A DNA stretch of 64,000 nucleotides from Candidatus Latescibacterota bacterium (GCA_965237525.1 CBDEFO010000004.1:192001-256000); one strand, 5' to 3'; counted from the stretch's first letter, positions 51,773-63,538 are shown. Translations and numbers: made by a program. Notes: generated by a model not told the origin, from the sequence alone.

Positions 51773-52375
51773 ATGTTGAACAAAGAGGAATGCCTGAGGA
51801 AAATAGCCGAATGCCGCACCCAGGAGATAGTCATAACGACTATGGGAACGGCAAGACCCTGGGCGAGTGTTTCGCATCACGATTTAGATTTCGCTTCGGT
51901 GGGTAATGCAATGGGTCACGCTGCGGATTTTGCCCTGGGGATAGCCTTGGCACGCCCCGAAAGGAGAGTTATCTGCATCAACGGAGACGGGAGCCTGCTT
52001 ATGAGTCTGGGAATATTGGTGACTGTAGCCAATCTCGCCCCTAAGAACTACGTGATGGTCGTCTTTGAGAACGGGACTTACGAAGTGACGGGAAACCAGC
52101 CGATACCGGGCGCAGGAAATTCCAGCCTGGCACAGATGGCAAGAGGGGCCGGTTTAGAGCAGGTCTATGAGTTCAGCCAGATAGACGAATTTGAAGGACA
52201 GATCGCCCAGATATTAAAAGCAGAGGGTCCGGTCTTCTTGAGTCTAGAGGTAGAGCCCGGAGACGAGGATCCTCCGATGAGGAGAGCGGACCATCCAGCG
52301 TGGTATCTTACAAATACACTTAGCGAAGATGCACTTGCGTTGAAGAAGAAGTTGGAATCTTCATTCCCTACCTAG
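51773..52375 (+). CDS. Thiamine-pyrophosphate-binding protein (sulfopyruvate/phosphonopyruvate decarboxylase beta-subunit-like)
   Basis: MGHA, NGDGSLLM...ENGTYEVTGNQP motifs. Confidence 0.85.
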   Translation: MLNKEECLRKIAECRTQEIVITTMGTARPWASVSHHDLDFASVGNAMGHAADFALGIALARPERRVICINGDGSLLMSLGILVTVANLAPKNYVMVVFENGTYEVTGNQPIPGAGNSSLAQMARGAGLEQVYEFSQIDEFEGQIAQILKAEGPVFLSLEVEPGDEDPPMRRADHPAWYLTNTLSEDALALKKKLESSFPT

Positions 52376-54200
52376 CGGGAATGAGAGGCAGCAAGACATG
52401 CGAAGTATGTCCCCTGTCATGATATACCGTGTTCTGAGCTATCACAAGCCTCCTCTCACAGCCGAGCGGACCGCCCGTGTTCGGATTTACGTCGAATCTC
52501 GGGAAATTGCTGCTTGAGACATCTACCCTTATCCTGTGACCCTTCTTGAACAGGTTGGACGTAGGATACATCACGATCTCGAATCTGTATATCTTTCCCG
52601 GTTGCATCAATTCCGCACTTTCTCTGGAGTTCCTGTAGCGGGCCCTTATTATGCTGTCGGAGATGTTCATATCGAACCCCGAAGGATAGTCCTCATTGGG
52701 AGGATATACGTCTAAAAGCTTGACCGTAAAGTCCGTATCCAGGGCAGATGAAGACGCCCAAAGCACGAATGTAAGTGGCCCCGTAACCTCAACTTCCTTT
52801 TCCAAGACATCAGTTTGGAATACCAATACATCGTTCCTTGCCGAAAGGGGCATACTATCCCTGCAACCCAAGAAATCTTCCCTTCCTCTCTGATCGAACG
52901 CCCCTGCCGGTATCACGTCATCTGCGGCTGATATATTGCCCCCGATAGTCGGCACAGGATCGCGCGGATCGAAAGTGTAGCTGCTTGGAGGATCGTCATC
53001 CGGGACATCGGTAGAGAGGCGTCCGTCCAGATGGATGTAATACTTAGTATATATAGTCCTTTCCAAAGGCCATTGGTTCTCAAACCTCCACCTGCCGCCG
53101 TGATTTAGCCCTTCGTCTATAGTCTTCCTGCCGTCACCTCCTCCCATAACGAATATTTTGACCGGTGGATCGTCCATAATCCCCGTATCCAATCCCTTGA
53201 GATTGTAGTCGAACCACCTTAACCTGAAATCGTTGTAGTCCAGAGCGGCATCTGCGCCGAACTCCACATCACCGCAGCGGGACAATTCCAAAGTCTGCGC
53301 GCCGTGCGACCAGGGACCCATAATCAGCCTTATCGGCTCCTTTTTCATAGTGGACAGGCGCACATAATTGTCCGTCGTGGCTCTCGTGTAAGAGTCGTAC
53401 CATCCCCCTAAGTAGTACGCAGGCACATCGGCGTGTTCGTCATAGTATTCCTCGATGCTGTATCCCCTCTGTTTCCAATACTCATTATAGTCCCCTGTGG
53501 TCATGATGTCCAGTATCCACTGCTCATAAGTTGGGAAGAGACTCAAAGGCGAAGTCCCCTTCCCGTGCGGGTGTCTGGTCAGCCAATGTCCTACGTTCCT
53601 GTAGGCCTGCTCAGCAGCTGCCCTTTTAGCGGGGTCTTTCAAGGCCTCCTTGCTTGATAAGGCCATGCGAAAGGCATAGACGAAGAACGTGAGTTCACAT
53701 GCCCCGTTGTGCCTCATAGAACAGGTGTGATAGTTAGATGCCCCCTCGCTTACGAACATGCACTTTAGATGAGGCGGATTCATAGTGGCCAGAGCGCTTT
53801 GATCGCTTCCGCTGTAGGAAAGACCCATAGTCCCCACCTGGCCATCGCACCACTTCTGTTGCGCTATCCACTCGACTGCGTCGTACCCATCTGGCGCCTC
53901 ATTTGCAAAGGCATACCATACGCCTTCAGAATCGAATCTGCCTCTGACATCCTGGATGGCGACCACATAACCCCTTCGGGCGAAGTAGTTGCCGCTTTTG
54001 ACCATATCCAGCCTTATCTGTTTGCCGTACGGACTCCGCTCCAAAATGGCCGGGAATCTCCCCTTCGCAGGACTACCCTCCAGCGCGGGAAAATAGATGT
54101 CCGTCGCCAATTTCACACCGTCCCGCATTGACACAATCACGTTCCTCTCTACGACCACTTCATACTGCTGATGCGAGCCCTGTCTGCCAGAATCTGACAT
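52368..54200 (-). CDS. CocE/NonD family hydrolase
   Basis: MRDGVKLATDIY, RSPY, DVRGR, GLSYSG, GWYD, GPWSH and SSNFPRF motifs. Confidence 0.95.
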   Translation of the reverse strand: MSDSGRQGSHQQYEVVVERNVIVSMRDGVKLATDIYFPALEGSPAKGRFPAILERSPYGKQIRLDMVKSGNYFARRGYVVAIQDVRGRFDSEGVWYAFANEAPDGYDAVEWIAQQKWCDGQVGTMGLSYSGSDQSALATMNPPHLKCMFVSEGASNYHTCSMRHNGACELTFFVYAFRMALSSKEALKDPAKRAAAEQAYRNVGHWLTRHPHGKGTSPLSLFPTYEQWILDIMTTGDYNEYWKQRGYSIEEYYDEHADVPAYYLGGWYDSYTRATTDNYVRLSTMKKEPIRLIMGPWSHGAQTLELSRCGDVEFGADAALDYNDFRLRWFDYNLKGLDTGIMDDPPVKIFVMGGGDGRKTIDEGLNHGGRWRFENQWPLERTIYTKYYIHLDGRLSTDVPDDDPPSSYTFDPRDPVPTIGGNISAADDVIPAGAFDQRGREDFLGCRDSMPLSARNDVLVFQTDVLEKEVEVTGPLTFVLWASSSALDTDFTVKLLDVYPPNEDYPSGFDMNISDSIIRARYRNSRESAELMQPGKIYRFEIVMYPTSNLFKKGHRIRVDVSSSNFPRFDVNPNTGGPLGCERRLVIAQNTVYHDRGHTSHVLLPLIPAR

Positions 54201-54287
54201 GCGTCTGTTCCTATATTAGTAATCGAAGCAAAATATCCCGCACAGTGACGGCTCCTCCCTTCTGCACCATCTACAGAACCAAGCAAC

Positions 54288-54350
54288 GTCATTGCTACGC
54301 CCCCCGATTGAATCTATCGGGGGTTAACTCGGGGATAGCTAAGTAATCTC
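54288..54350. repeat. REP-like element with nested hairpin
   Basis: GTCATTGC-[CCCCGATTGAATCTATCGGGG]-AAGTAATCTC. Confidence 0.75.
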
Positions 54351-54508
54351 ACTTATACTACTTACCCTGAGTTTGGTACTGCTTCCCAACTCCTGACAGC
54401 GTCGGATCTGGTACCTTTTCCCCAGAGCTTTTTCGATACCTCCAATTGCAATGGCTGAAAGCCGAATGAATACGGAAAGACTTTACACTTTCAGCGTTGC
54501 CCTTGGAA

Positions 54509-55279
54509 CTAACACATATATCTCCCACCGTTCACGTCAATAGTGGCGCCCGTTATGTAGCTCGAATCGTCAGAAGCTAAAAAGACAACTGCCGGAGCTA
54601 ATTCCTCCGGCTCGCCGAACTTCCTCAGTGGGACAGACTTTAAAAACTCCTTCTTAAATTCCTCATCCCTGCTGTTCCAAAGGTCCCTTACCCTCTGAGT
54701 GCTCATGAAGAGTCCCGGAGCTACAGCGTTGACGGTTACCCCGAAAGGCCCGAATTCGTACGCCAGTTGCCGTGTCAACCCCCCTAATCCCGCCTTTGCG
54801 CTTGAGTAGTGCACTCCCGAGAGTTGCGCGCCGTGCATTCTCCCCGATAGGGAGGAGACATTCACAATCTTTCCGTACCTCATCTCCTTCATATACTTCC
54901 AGACCTCCCGACAGCACAGGAAAACAGCCCTCAGATTAGTGTCCACAACCTTATCCCAGTCCTCCTCCGTCAGTTCCTCGAAGAATACAGGAGTGAAGAG
55001 CGCTCCCCCGGCGTTGTTCACTAAAATGTCCACCTTTCCGAACTCTGAGATGGCCTTCTGGACCATCTCTCTGATCTGATCTATCTTTCGTATATCTCCC
55101 TTTGCTATGATCGCCCTCCGTCCCAGCGCTTCTATCTCTGCGCCAGTCTCCTCCATAGCCTCCACGTCCCTGCCATTTACCACTATATCCGCGCCCTCTT
55201 TAGCCATCGCTATGGCCATTGCTCTTCCCAAGCCCTTCGACGATCCTGTGATAATAGCAGACCTACCCTCCAGTCTCAT
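54509..55279 (-). CDS. SDR family oxidoreductase (FabG-like)
   Basis: TGSSKGLG, NNAG and YSSAK motifs. Confidence 0.93.
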   Translation of the reverse strand: MRLEGRSAIITGSSKGLGRAMAIAMAKEGADIVVNGRDVEAMEETGAEIEALGRRAIIAKGDIRKIDQIREMVQKAISEFGKVDILVNNAGGALFTPVFFEELTEEDWDKVVDTNLRAVFLCCREVWKYMKEMRYGKIVNVSSLSGRMHGAQLSGVHYSSAKAGLGGLTRQLAYEFGPFGVTVNAVAPGLFMSTQRVRDLWNSRDEEFKKEFLKSVPLRKFGEPEELAPAVVFLASDDSSYITGATIDVNGGRYMC

Positions 55280-55396
55280 TTCTACCTCCCATATTGAGAA
55301 ATCAACCATCTGCAAGCGTCTTTTTTGAAATCCTCCCCAGCAAGAAAGATAAAGAAAGAATCACAACCAAGTCAACACAAAACTCTCCCCATAATT

Positions 55397-55462
55397 GAGA
55401 TTGCTTCGCCACCCCTGAATTAAACCCCGATAGATTCAATCGGGGGGGGGGATCGCAATGAC
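55397..55462. repeat. REP-like element with nested hairpin
   Basis: GAGATTGCTTCG-[CCCCGATAGATTCAATCGGGG]-CGCAATGAC. Confidence 0.8.
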
Positions 55463-55596
55463 GTTGCGAATCTCAACGGAGGAGATGCGCTGCAGCCGTC
55501 TTGGGAAAATTCGGTTGACTTTTCAGCTTCAGAACATATATTTACACAACGTGTATTCTATTGCAGGCAGACAGAAAGGGCCGTAAAGGTAAGTGA

Positions 55597-57896
55597 ATGA
55601 CAACCTTCCAAAGTAAAGATACAAAAGTAGACAGCAAACATGAAGAAAAGATGCCCGCCATACTGTCGAATTACAACTGTCTACTCATATTATCCCTCCT
55701 CCTGGTGTTCGTGGTAGCCACCTTTCTCTATCTGAACACGCTCGGCAACAGCTTTGTGTGGGACGATGTGTTCATAGTAGAGTATAATCCCCGGATTAAG
55801 GACTGGGACCAATTGGGAAAGATCTTCACGGGAGATTTTTTTCCCCAGAAGGAAGAAAGGTCGGGCTTCTACAGACCTGTCACCACACTGTCGTTCGTCG
55901 CAGATCACAGCATCTGGGGCCTGAACGCCGCCGGATATCATCTGTCCAATGTGCTGATGCATTCTGTGGCCTCCGCGCTGGTCTTCTTTCTGGGATATGC
56001 CATTCTGGAGAGCATGCTCGGGGCGGTTTTCGTATCCCTCCTTTTTGCCCTGCACCCCGTTCATACCGAATCCGTCGCATGGATATCGGGCAGGACGGAT
56101 ATACTCGCCGCAATATTCTTCCTCTCAGCCCTTTTGGCCTTCATCCGCTCTCAGAAAGTGGTGCAACCACTTCGTCGTGAATATAGAGGGCCTCTTTTCT
56201 ACTCCCTATGCGTAGTCCTCTTTGCCCTTGCGCTCCTGTCCAAAGAGGTGGCCATAACCTTCCCTCTAATCGCAGCACTGTACGATTGGTATTACATATC
56301 TGAGGGAGATTTTAGGCTTTTCAAAAGGAACTTTATACGAAGATACACCCCCCTTGTCACAACAGCCGCGGCTTACGTCTTCCTACACCTTTCCCTAATC
56401 GGAGACAGGGCGATGGAAAGAGGGTACGACTACCCTGAGAACCCTATCTTAGCCTTTATCGAAACCCTTCAGATATTTGCGCATTACGTTAAAATCCTGA
56501 TCTTGCCTCTATGGTTGGACGCTGAAGTTCACATCTTTCCGCCCGAATCTCTGCTCCAGATTACGAATCTTGTATCCATAGCAGTCACAGCAGCGGTAAT
56601 ATATGCGGGCATCATGACGCTACGGAGTGGTCGCACCACCAAAAGGGCCAGGAAGTCTCATTTGGCATATTCTGGTTTCTATGTCTCTTTCCGTTCATAT
56701 CGGGCATAATCCCCAGTTGGGAGCTGATAGCCGAAAGATTCTTATACATCCCCTCCCTCGGCTTCTGCATAGCGCTGGGAGCGATTCTGGAAAGTGCCAT
56801 TTCGGGAAGGTCTGTGGAACGTCCACTTCAGGCAGAGCATCCACGGCAAATCCTCTCTTTCAATATCGCAAAATCCATCGCTTCCATAGCCTTCCTGTGC
56901 CTCATATGCTCCTACTCCGTTATTGTAATCAGGCGCAATAAAGACTGGGAAAATGACTACACCATATTTTCCAAATCGCTGGAGAACCCGAAAAATGCGG
57001 ATAACTCAAGACTGCACTATAATATGGCTTCCGCCTATATCAATATAAAAGGGTCTCTAACAGATGCCATACTGGAGCTTGAGAAGGCCGTGAGCCTGGA
57101 TTTTCCCGAAAAAAAGGCCTTCAGGGCCTTAGGCAAAGCATATCTTATAAAAGGCAGGACACACGATGCGATAGGAGTCCTGAGAAAGGCTTTAGATGTT
57201 GACCCTCATAAGCACGACATCTACAACGGCCTGGGGGGAGCTTACTTCGTAAACGGAATGATCGAAGAGGCCATAAGTAACTATAAAGAGGGAGTGAGAG
57301 AAAACCCAGATTACGATGAACTGCAGTACAACCTTGCCAATGTCTACGTCTATGTAGATTCCCTCGATAAAGCTGTATTTCACTACACAGAGGCATTAAG
57401 GATCAATAGCGATTACGCCAACGCCCACAATAATCTGGGAAACGTCTACTTAATAAAGGGGAAAATAGAGCGGGCCATATTCCATTTTAAAGAGGCGTTG
57501 AGAATATATCCCGATCACGAGATGGCGCATTACAATTTGGGAGACGCCTATATGGAAAGCGACTCCACAGAGCAGGCGATAAGGCACTATATGAGGGCGA
57601 TAAGTCTGGATTCGACGTACACAAGCGCGCACAACGCCTTGGGCAAAGCATACGTCTTTAGGGGTATGCCCCAGGACGGAATCGAACACTACAAGGAGGC
57701 GATAAGGATAGACTCCAACTTCGCAGATGCCCACTATAATTTAGGATTCAGCTATCACGATCTTGGGAGAGATTACGACAGAGCAATTTTCCATATGAAA
57801 GAAGGATTGAGGCTGCATCCCGATCACGTGCTCTCGGACCGAGCCAAGGAGATAGTTGAGAACCATAAGGAGCACATCCATGCGCCAAAACAATAG
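55597..57896 (+). CDS. TMTC-like GT-C membrane glycosyltransferase with TPR repeats; one frameshift near 56645
   Basis: FVWDD, YRP, HPVHTESVAWISGR and SKE in the first frame. AERFLYIPSLG and the TPRs follow in the frame of ORF 56814..57896. Confidence 0.88.
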
Positions 57897-57929
57897 ATCT
57901 ATCAGAGCGTCAGAAGAAAGGAAAAACCT

Positions 57930-58733
57930 ATGAAACTTGAGAACAAAAGAGCCATCGTCACAGGCGGGGGGGGCGGCATAGGGCGAGGAATAGTCCTGTG
58001 CCTTGCAGGTGAGGGGGCGGACATAGCAATAGCCGACCTGGACACGGAGAGCGCCCAAAATACAGCCGATGAGGTGAAGGCCCTGAAACGCCGAGTCATG
58101 GTAATCAAGACAGATGTCACAAAAAGAGAAGACGTGGAAAACATGGTGTCCGGGGTCGTAAAGGAGTTCGGAGGTGTAGACATACTCGTAAACAACGCCG
58201 GGGCTTGGGGGCACAACCTCGGAATGCCATTCACCGAAGACGATGAGGACAACTGGGATTTCAACTACTCCATAAACATGAAAGCCCCTTTTATCGTCAC
58301 AAGAGCCGTCGCTCCTCACATGATAGAACAGAAAAGCGGCAAGATAGTCAACATAAGCTCCATCGCTTCCAAGAGAAATCCCCCTATGTTGGCACCCTAC
58401 TGCGCAACCAAGGCCGCGCTTCTTAGCTTTACCAAAGTTGTGGCCAAAGGCCTTGCACCTCATAATATCAACGTCAACGTCATTTGTCCGGGGATAATAT
58501 GGACACCCTTCTGGGAGAGACTCGCTCCTCTTATGGCAGAGACCTATCCTGAACTTCAAGGACTCAGCGCAAGAGAGGCGTTCGACAAATGGGTCACCAA
58601 CGCCGTCCCGCTAAATAGAGAGCAGACCCCGGAAGACATTGGGAAAGGCGTAGTCTTTTTCAGCTCTGAAGACTCCAAGAACATAACCGGACAGACCATG
58701 CACATAGACGGCGGCGTGATTATGGAGTTGTAA
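57930..58733 (+). CDS. SDR family oxidoreductase
   Basis: TGGGGGIG, NNAG and YCATK motifs. Confidence 0.93.
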   Translation: MKLENKRAIVTGGGGGIGRGIVLCLAGEGADIAIADLDTESAQNTADEVKALKRRVMVIKTDVTKREDVENMVSGVVKEFGGVDILVNNAGAWGHNLGMPFTEDDEDNWDFNYSINMKAPFIVTRAVAPHMIEQKSGKIVNISSIASKRNPPMLAPYCATKAALLSFTKVVAKGLAPHNINVNVICPGIIWTPFWERLAPLMAETYPELQGLSAREAFDKWVTNAVPLNREQTPEDIGKGVVFFSSEDSKNITGQTMHIDGGVIMEL

Positions 58734-58793
58734 TCCCCAATAACACTACGGACTCAAATTAACCTGTCAGTTTATGAACAAGGAGTTCTGAAG

Positions 58794-59786
58794 ATGAAGC
58801 GGAAGATTTGGTCTATTACCGTAGTGGTGACGGCAGTACTTCTAGCCTGTTGCATCGCCTCGGCGAAAGCCCAAAGTCTCTTTAAAGACCCCGAGCTTGT
58901 TTTCTCCGCTCCAGAAGGGGCCAATCCAGGAGAGTTTGGACGGCTTGATCCAAAACCAGAAGGTGAGCCGCGGTACCCATCTGATTTCACGATTGACTCC
59001 AAAGGTAACTTCTGCATTCAAGACGATGTGAATCGTCGGATACAGAAATTTAACAGGGATGGCAGTTTCATACTTTCCTGGAGGCCCCCTCGTGAAGGCG
59101 GATGGATACAAGTAGGCGCAAGTTTAGAGGTAGATAGTCAGGATAATATTTATGTATTGACAGACCACGATGAGGGTTTGAGAGGCTGGAAATTAGACAA
59201 TCAAGCCAAGTTTGTGAGCCACTTTGAGGTTGAGTTTGGAAGTGGCATTGAACTTTGGCTACGCGTCAATTCGAAAGGGAATATTTTCATATCGAGCGGT
59301 AGACGTTCGTTATTTCTCAACAAGGCTGGAAAGACTGTGCTACGGAGAGGAGGTGTTCGGAGAATATATACCTCAGGCTTTTCAGATTACATCTTCTTAG
59401 AAAATTTTGGAGTACAAGGAAAGCGTTGGCCCTCGTTTGAACGACATGCCCAAATACCTGAAAAAGGTATCTCTGGATTGTCTACATCCATAAACAAGCA
59501 AGGATCGAGCTATGGCGTAATGTCCGCGATTAATGGACAAGGGAACTTATTTATTCTTAAAGTGGAAGGTCGAAGTAGAATTATGGGGTTTTATGGTAGG
59601 GGTGGAGAATACCTTGGGAAAGTTCCTGATTGTCCTAAGGAAACCCAACCCAGACCAAATGGTGGAGATGATTTTGTCACAGATGCAGATGGGAATCTCT
59701 ACCAGTTACAGCTATTTCATACCCAAATAGGGCGGAAAACAGCTGAAGGGTGGGTCAAGATCTGGAAGTGGGATAGGATAAAGTGA
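58794..59786 (+). CDS. Secreted NHL-like beta-propeller protein, tandem paralog 1 (intact)
   Basis: Signal peptide (AKA/Q); PSDFTIDSKGNF.IQD.VNRRIQKF; VTDADGNLY. Confidence 0.8.
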   Translation: MKRKIWSITVVVTAVLLACCIASAKAQSLFKDPELVFSAPEGANPGEFGRLDPKPEGEPRYPSDFTIDSKGNFCIQDDVNRRIQKFNRDGSFILSWRPPREGGWIQVGASLEVDSQDNIYVLTDHDEGLRGWKLDNQAKFVSHFEVEFGSGIELWLRVNSKGNIFISSGRRSLFLNKAGKTVLRRGGVRRIYTSGFSDYIFLENFGVQGKRWPSFERHAQIPEKGISGLSTSINKQGSSYGVMSAINGQGNLFILKVEGRSRIMGFYGRGGEYLGKVPDCPKETQPRPNGGDDFVTDADGNLYQLQLFHTQIGRKTAEGWVKIWKWDRIK

Positions 59787-59874
59787 TGATACTTGGACAG
59801 GATATTCCCCAGAGGCAAAAATTCCATTATGAACTCATATTAACCTCTCATTTTATCAACAAAGAGTTCTGACG

Positions 59875-60874
59875 ATGAAGCGAAAGATATGCTCGATTTC
59901 CATAGTGGTGACAGCAGTACTTCTGAGCAGTTACATCGCCTCGGCGAAAGCCCAAAGTCTCTTTAAAGACCCCGAGCTTGTTCTCTCCGCTCCCGAGGGA
60001 ACTGAGCAAGGAGCATTTGGAATGCATCTTGCAGTATCCAGAAGGTTAGTCTCTATATCCATATGATTTTACTATTGACTCGAAAGGTAACTTCTGGATT
60101 CAAGACGATGTGAATGGTAGAATACAGAAGTTTAACAGGGATCGAGAGTTCATCCTTGCCTGGAGTCCGCCTGATGAAGGATGGGAGATACGCGTAGGGG
60201 CAAGTCTAGAGGTGGATGGGCAAGATAACATTTATGAAGTGGAAGAACATAATACTGAAGAGGGCGCGAGAGGCACGAAGTTAAATAGTCAAGCTAAGTT
60301 TGTGAGCCACTTTCAGGTTGATTTTGAGAGTGGAGTTGAATTCTCCTTACGTGTTAACTCTAAAGGGGATATATCAATATTCAGTGGGTCACGTGCTTTA
60401 TTTCTTAACAAGGAAGGCAAGACGTTGCTATCACGGGGTAGGGTTTACCGAATAATTACCTCAGCCTTTTCCGATAACATTTTGTTAGAAACTTTTCCAG
60501 AAGGTAGAGACGAATGGGCGGCGTTTGAGAGGTATTCACAAAACCCTGGAAAAGGCAACTCAGGACTGCAAGTAACATTAAACAAGCAGGGATCGGGACA
60601 TGGAACAGTATCCGCAATTGATGTACAAGGAAATTCATTTGTTGTTGCACTTGATGATCGAGAGAGAAGTATGGAATTTTATAGTAGTGGTGGAGAGTAC
60701 CTTGGGAAAGTTCCCCATTGTCCTAAGAAATCCTTACCTAGAGCAGGTGGTGGAGATGATTTTGTCACGGATGGGGATGGTACCCTATACCGATTAGAGC
60801 TATTTCCTCCTTGGTGGGGGCGGAAAACAGCTGAAGGCTGGATCAAGATATGGAAGTGGGAGAGGATAAAGTGA
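59875..60874 (+). pseudogene. Tandem paralog 2, frameshifted around 60020-60065
   Basis: N-terminus in ORF 59875..60066, remainder in ORF 60110..60874. Confidence 0.8.
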
Positions 60875-60962
60875 TGATACTTGGACAGGATATTCCCCAG
60901 AGGCAAAAATTCCATTTTGAACTCATATTAACCTCTCAATTGATCAGCCGATGGTTCTGAAG

Positions 60963-63472
60963 ATGAAGCGAAAGATTTGGTCTATTCCCATAGCAGCCAC
61001 AGCAGTACTTCTGGCCTGTTGCATTGTCTCAGCGAAAGCCCAGAGTCTGTTTAAAAAACCCGAGCTTGTACTCTCAGCAGCAGAGGGGACTAATCCAGGA
61101 GAGTTAGGACTGCGTGTTCCCCAGCCAGAAGGTGAGATCTCATTTCCATCAGATTTTGCTGTCGATGCTAAAGGTAACTTCTGGATCCTAGATGATGTGA
61201 ATCGTCGGATTCAGAAGTTTAACACCAATGGCGACTTCGTCCTTGCGTGGGATGGTGATGGAAGGAGCATACTCTCAGGGGCAATTTTGGAGGCAGATAA
61301 CGAGGGTAACATTTATGTAATGGTGAGTGATACAGAGAGACATTGGTGGATAGCGAAATTGAATACAGAAGCCCAGATCGTGAGACACTTTCTCGTTAGT
61401 GATCCACCTATTAGTGATTTTTACCTTCGTGTTAATTCTAAAGGCGCAATGTGCATCAACAGCGGTTTTCGTGCTCGATTTCTTGACAAGGAAGGCAACA
61501 CTGTGCTATCAAGAGGAAGTGTTTACCGCATATTTACCTCAGCCTTTTCAGAAAAAATTTCGTTAAGAACTCTCTCAGAGGGTGGAGACATTTTGACTTT
61601 AGAGCGATATGTGCAAATCCCTGAAAAAGGCATCCCTGGATTGTCTGTATCATTAAAAGCCTTGTGAAATAGTTATGTCCCAGGCAGCGTCTGAAGCGCC
61701 GATTATGGGTCAAAGAGTAGCATATCGTATCGTTTTGCTGTGGAATAAGCAAAATAGTCTTATCAGAGTTCTGGTCAGCAAGGAACAGGAGCTGTTTGAA
61801 GAACAGGATGCACTGTCTTTGACAGACAGGGCACACATAGACGCTTTCCCCCTTCTTATGAAAGATACAAGCCTCTTGAGATTCTGTACTGTTGCAACAA
61901 GATTCAACTGTTCATTCAGTGAGGCTGGTCCTCTATAACGGGCTCGTCCCATACCGTGTTGTTGCCTGGCTTCAGCAAAGATATGTTCACTGCGTTTACG
62001 GAGTCTCCGGGAGAGTTTGTAGTCAGCTGTTAATGAGATAGACCGTGCATGATTTCTGGCTTTCGCCTCTCGCACTTTTCTATCCCGTTCGGCCTGAATA
62101 TGTGCTGGATTTGTCTTGTTTTTCCATGTAGGAATCGGTTCAATCTTCTCATCGGCTCGCAGAGGAATATGGGGTATGATTCCCCGGTCAAGTACATCAG
62201 CGATAAAATTACCAGAACCGTAACCGGTATCGGCACTAAGTGTCTGAATGTCTTTGGGCATGGTGTATGTTTCAAGGTCATCTACCATCTTAAGGGCACT
62301 TTCGGGCTCTGCTGTCCCTGTCGCCTGCGTGCCCTGAGTCTCAAGGATTACTCTGCTTTTTGTGTCGATCAGATCATGGCCCATAAACGAGAGAAAAGCC
62401 CCTTTGCCCTTCGATTTGCTGTATAAGCGCGCGTCGGGGTCTGTAGTCGAACGGTGTGTTTGGTTCGTCCACTTTTCACCATGAAAGTCTTTATCCTGAG
62501 GATGCCCGGACCTACCCTTTGTCTTATCACCTTCAAAACCGATTCCCTTGAGATAATCATCAAGAGAAACAGGGGGTTCTATCGGCTCAATACTTTTCAC
62601 TGAAGCATCAGCTTGTATCTGAGTGCCGTCGACACTAAGGTGTTTACCGCTCACAAGACCGACATCTATGCAACACTGGACTACCTGACGCATTATCCGT
62701 TCAAACAACCCACTGGATGCCCACTTGTGATTGCGAAGCTTGTTGATCGTGCTCCTATCCGGAACCGCATCATCAAATGTCTGATGACAAAACAACCGAT
62801 ATGCCGCATGCATCCCCACTTCCTGACAGAGCCGATTCTCACTCAAATTATACAGATAGCCAATAAGGATCATTCGAACAACTAATTCAGGATCAATACC
62901 GGGTCTGCCATTGTCAGGGCAATAACAATCTGATACAACGTCTCGTACAAATGAAAAATCAACTGCCTCATCAATCTGACGAAGGATATGATCCTCGGGA
63001 ACTAAATCCTCCATCTGAAAATAGTGAAACATCGGATTTGTCTGTTCCTGCTTTTGTGGGGTCATTGTTTCCTTCATGTATAATATTATCAATAACATAA
63101 TATAATACATCGGAGCTGCTTTATCAATGCTTGTTCTATACTACTTTCTGAATCTAAGGGTTTTTCACAAGGCTTTTAAACAAGCAGGGATCTAGTGCAA
63201 GAGCAATAGAAGCAATTGATGGGCAAGGGAATTCATTTGTTACTGCATTTAAGGATCGCAAGAGAATTATGGAATTCTATGGTAGTGGAGGGGAATACCT
63301 TGGTCTAGTTCCTGATTGTCCGAAGAGAACGTTAGGCAACCCAGGTAGCGGAGATGATTTCGTTACAGATGGAAATGGGAATCTATACCAGATACAGCTA
63401 ACTCCTTCCTGGTGGGAGCGCGAATCAGCTAAGGGGTCGGTCAAGATATGGAAGTGGGAGAGGATAAAGTGA
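60963..63472 (+). pseudogene. Tandem paralog 3, interrupted by IS copy 3
   Basis: Removing the IS and one TTAA restores GLSVSL/NKQGSS in frame (328 aa). Confidence 0.88.
61657..63175 (-). mobile_element. IS1182-family insertion sequence, copy 3 (intact transposase ORF 61710..63110)
   Basis: Same TIRs; TSD TTAA; 1519 bp. Confidence 0.95.
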
Positions 63473-63538
63473 TGATACTTGGACAGGATATTCCACTTCA
63501 AACCAGACCACAATATTAAGGAGGAAACTTAAAAAAAC

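Noticed and set aside
58745..63495. CRISPR array or diversity-generating retroelement
   Set aside because: The repeats are about 1.1 kb apart and belong to duplicated genes. No cas gene, reverse transcriptase or adenine-specific template/variable pair is visible.
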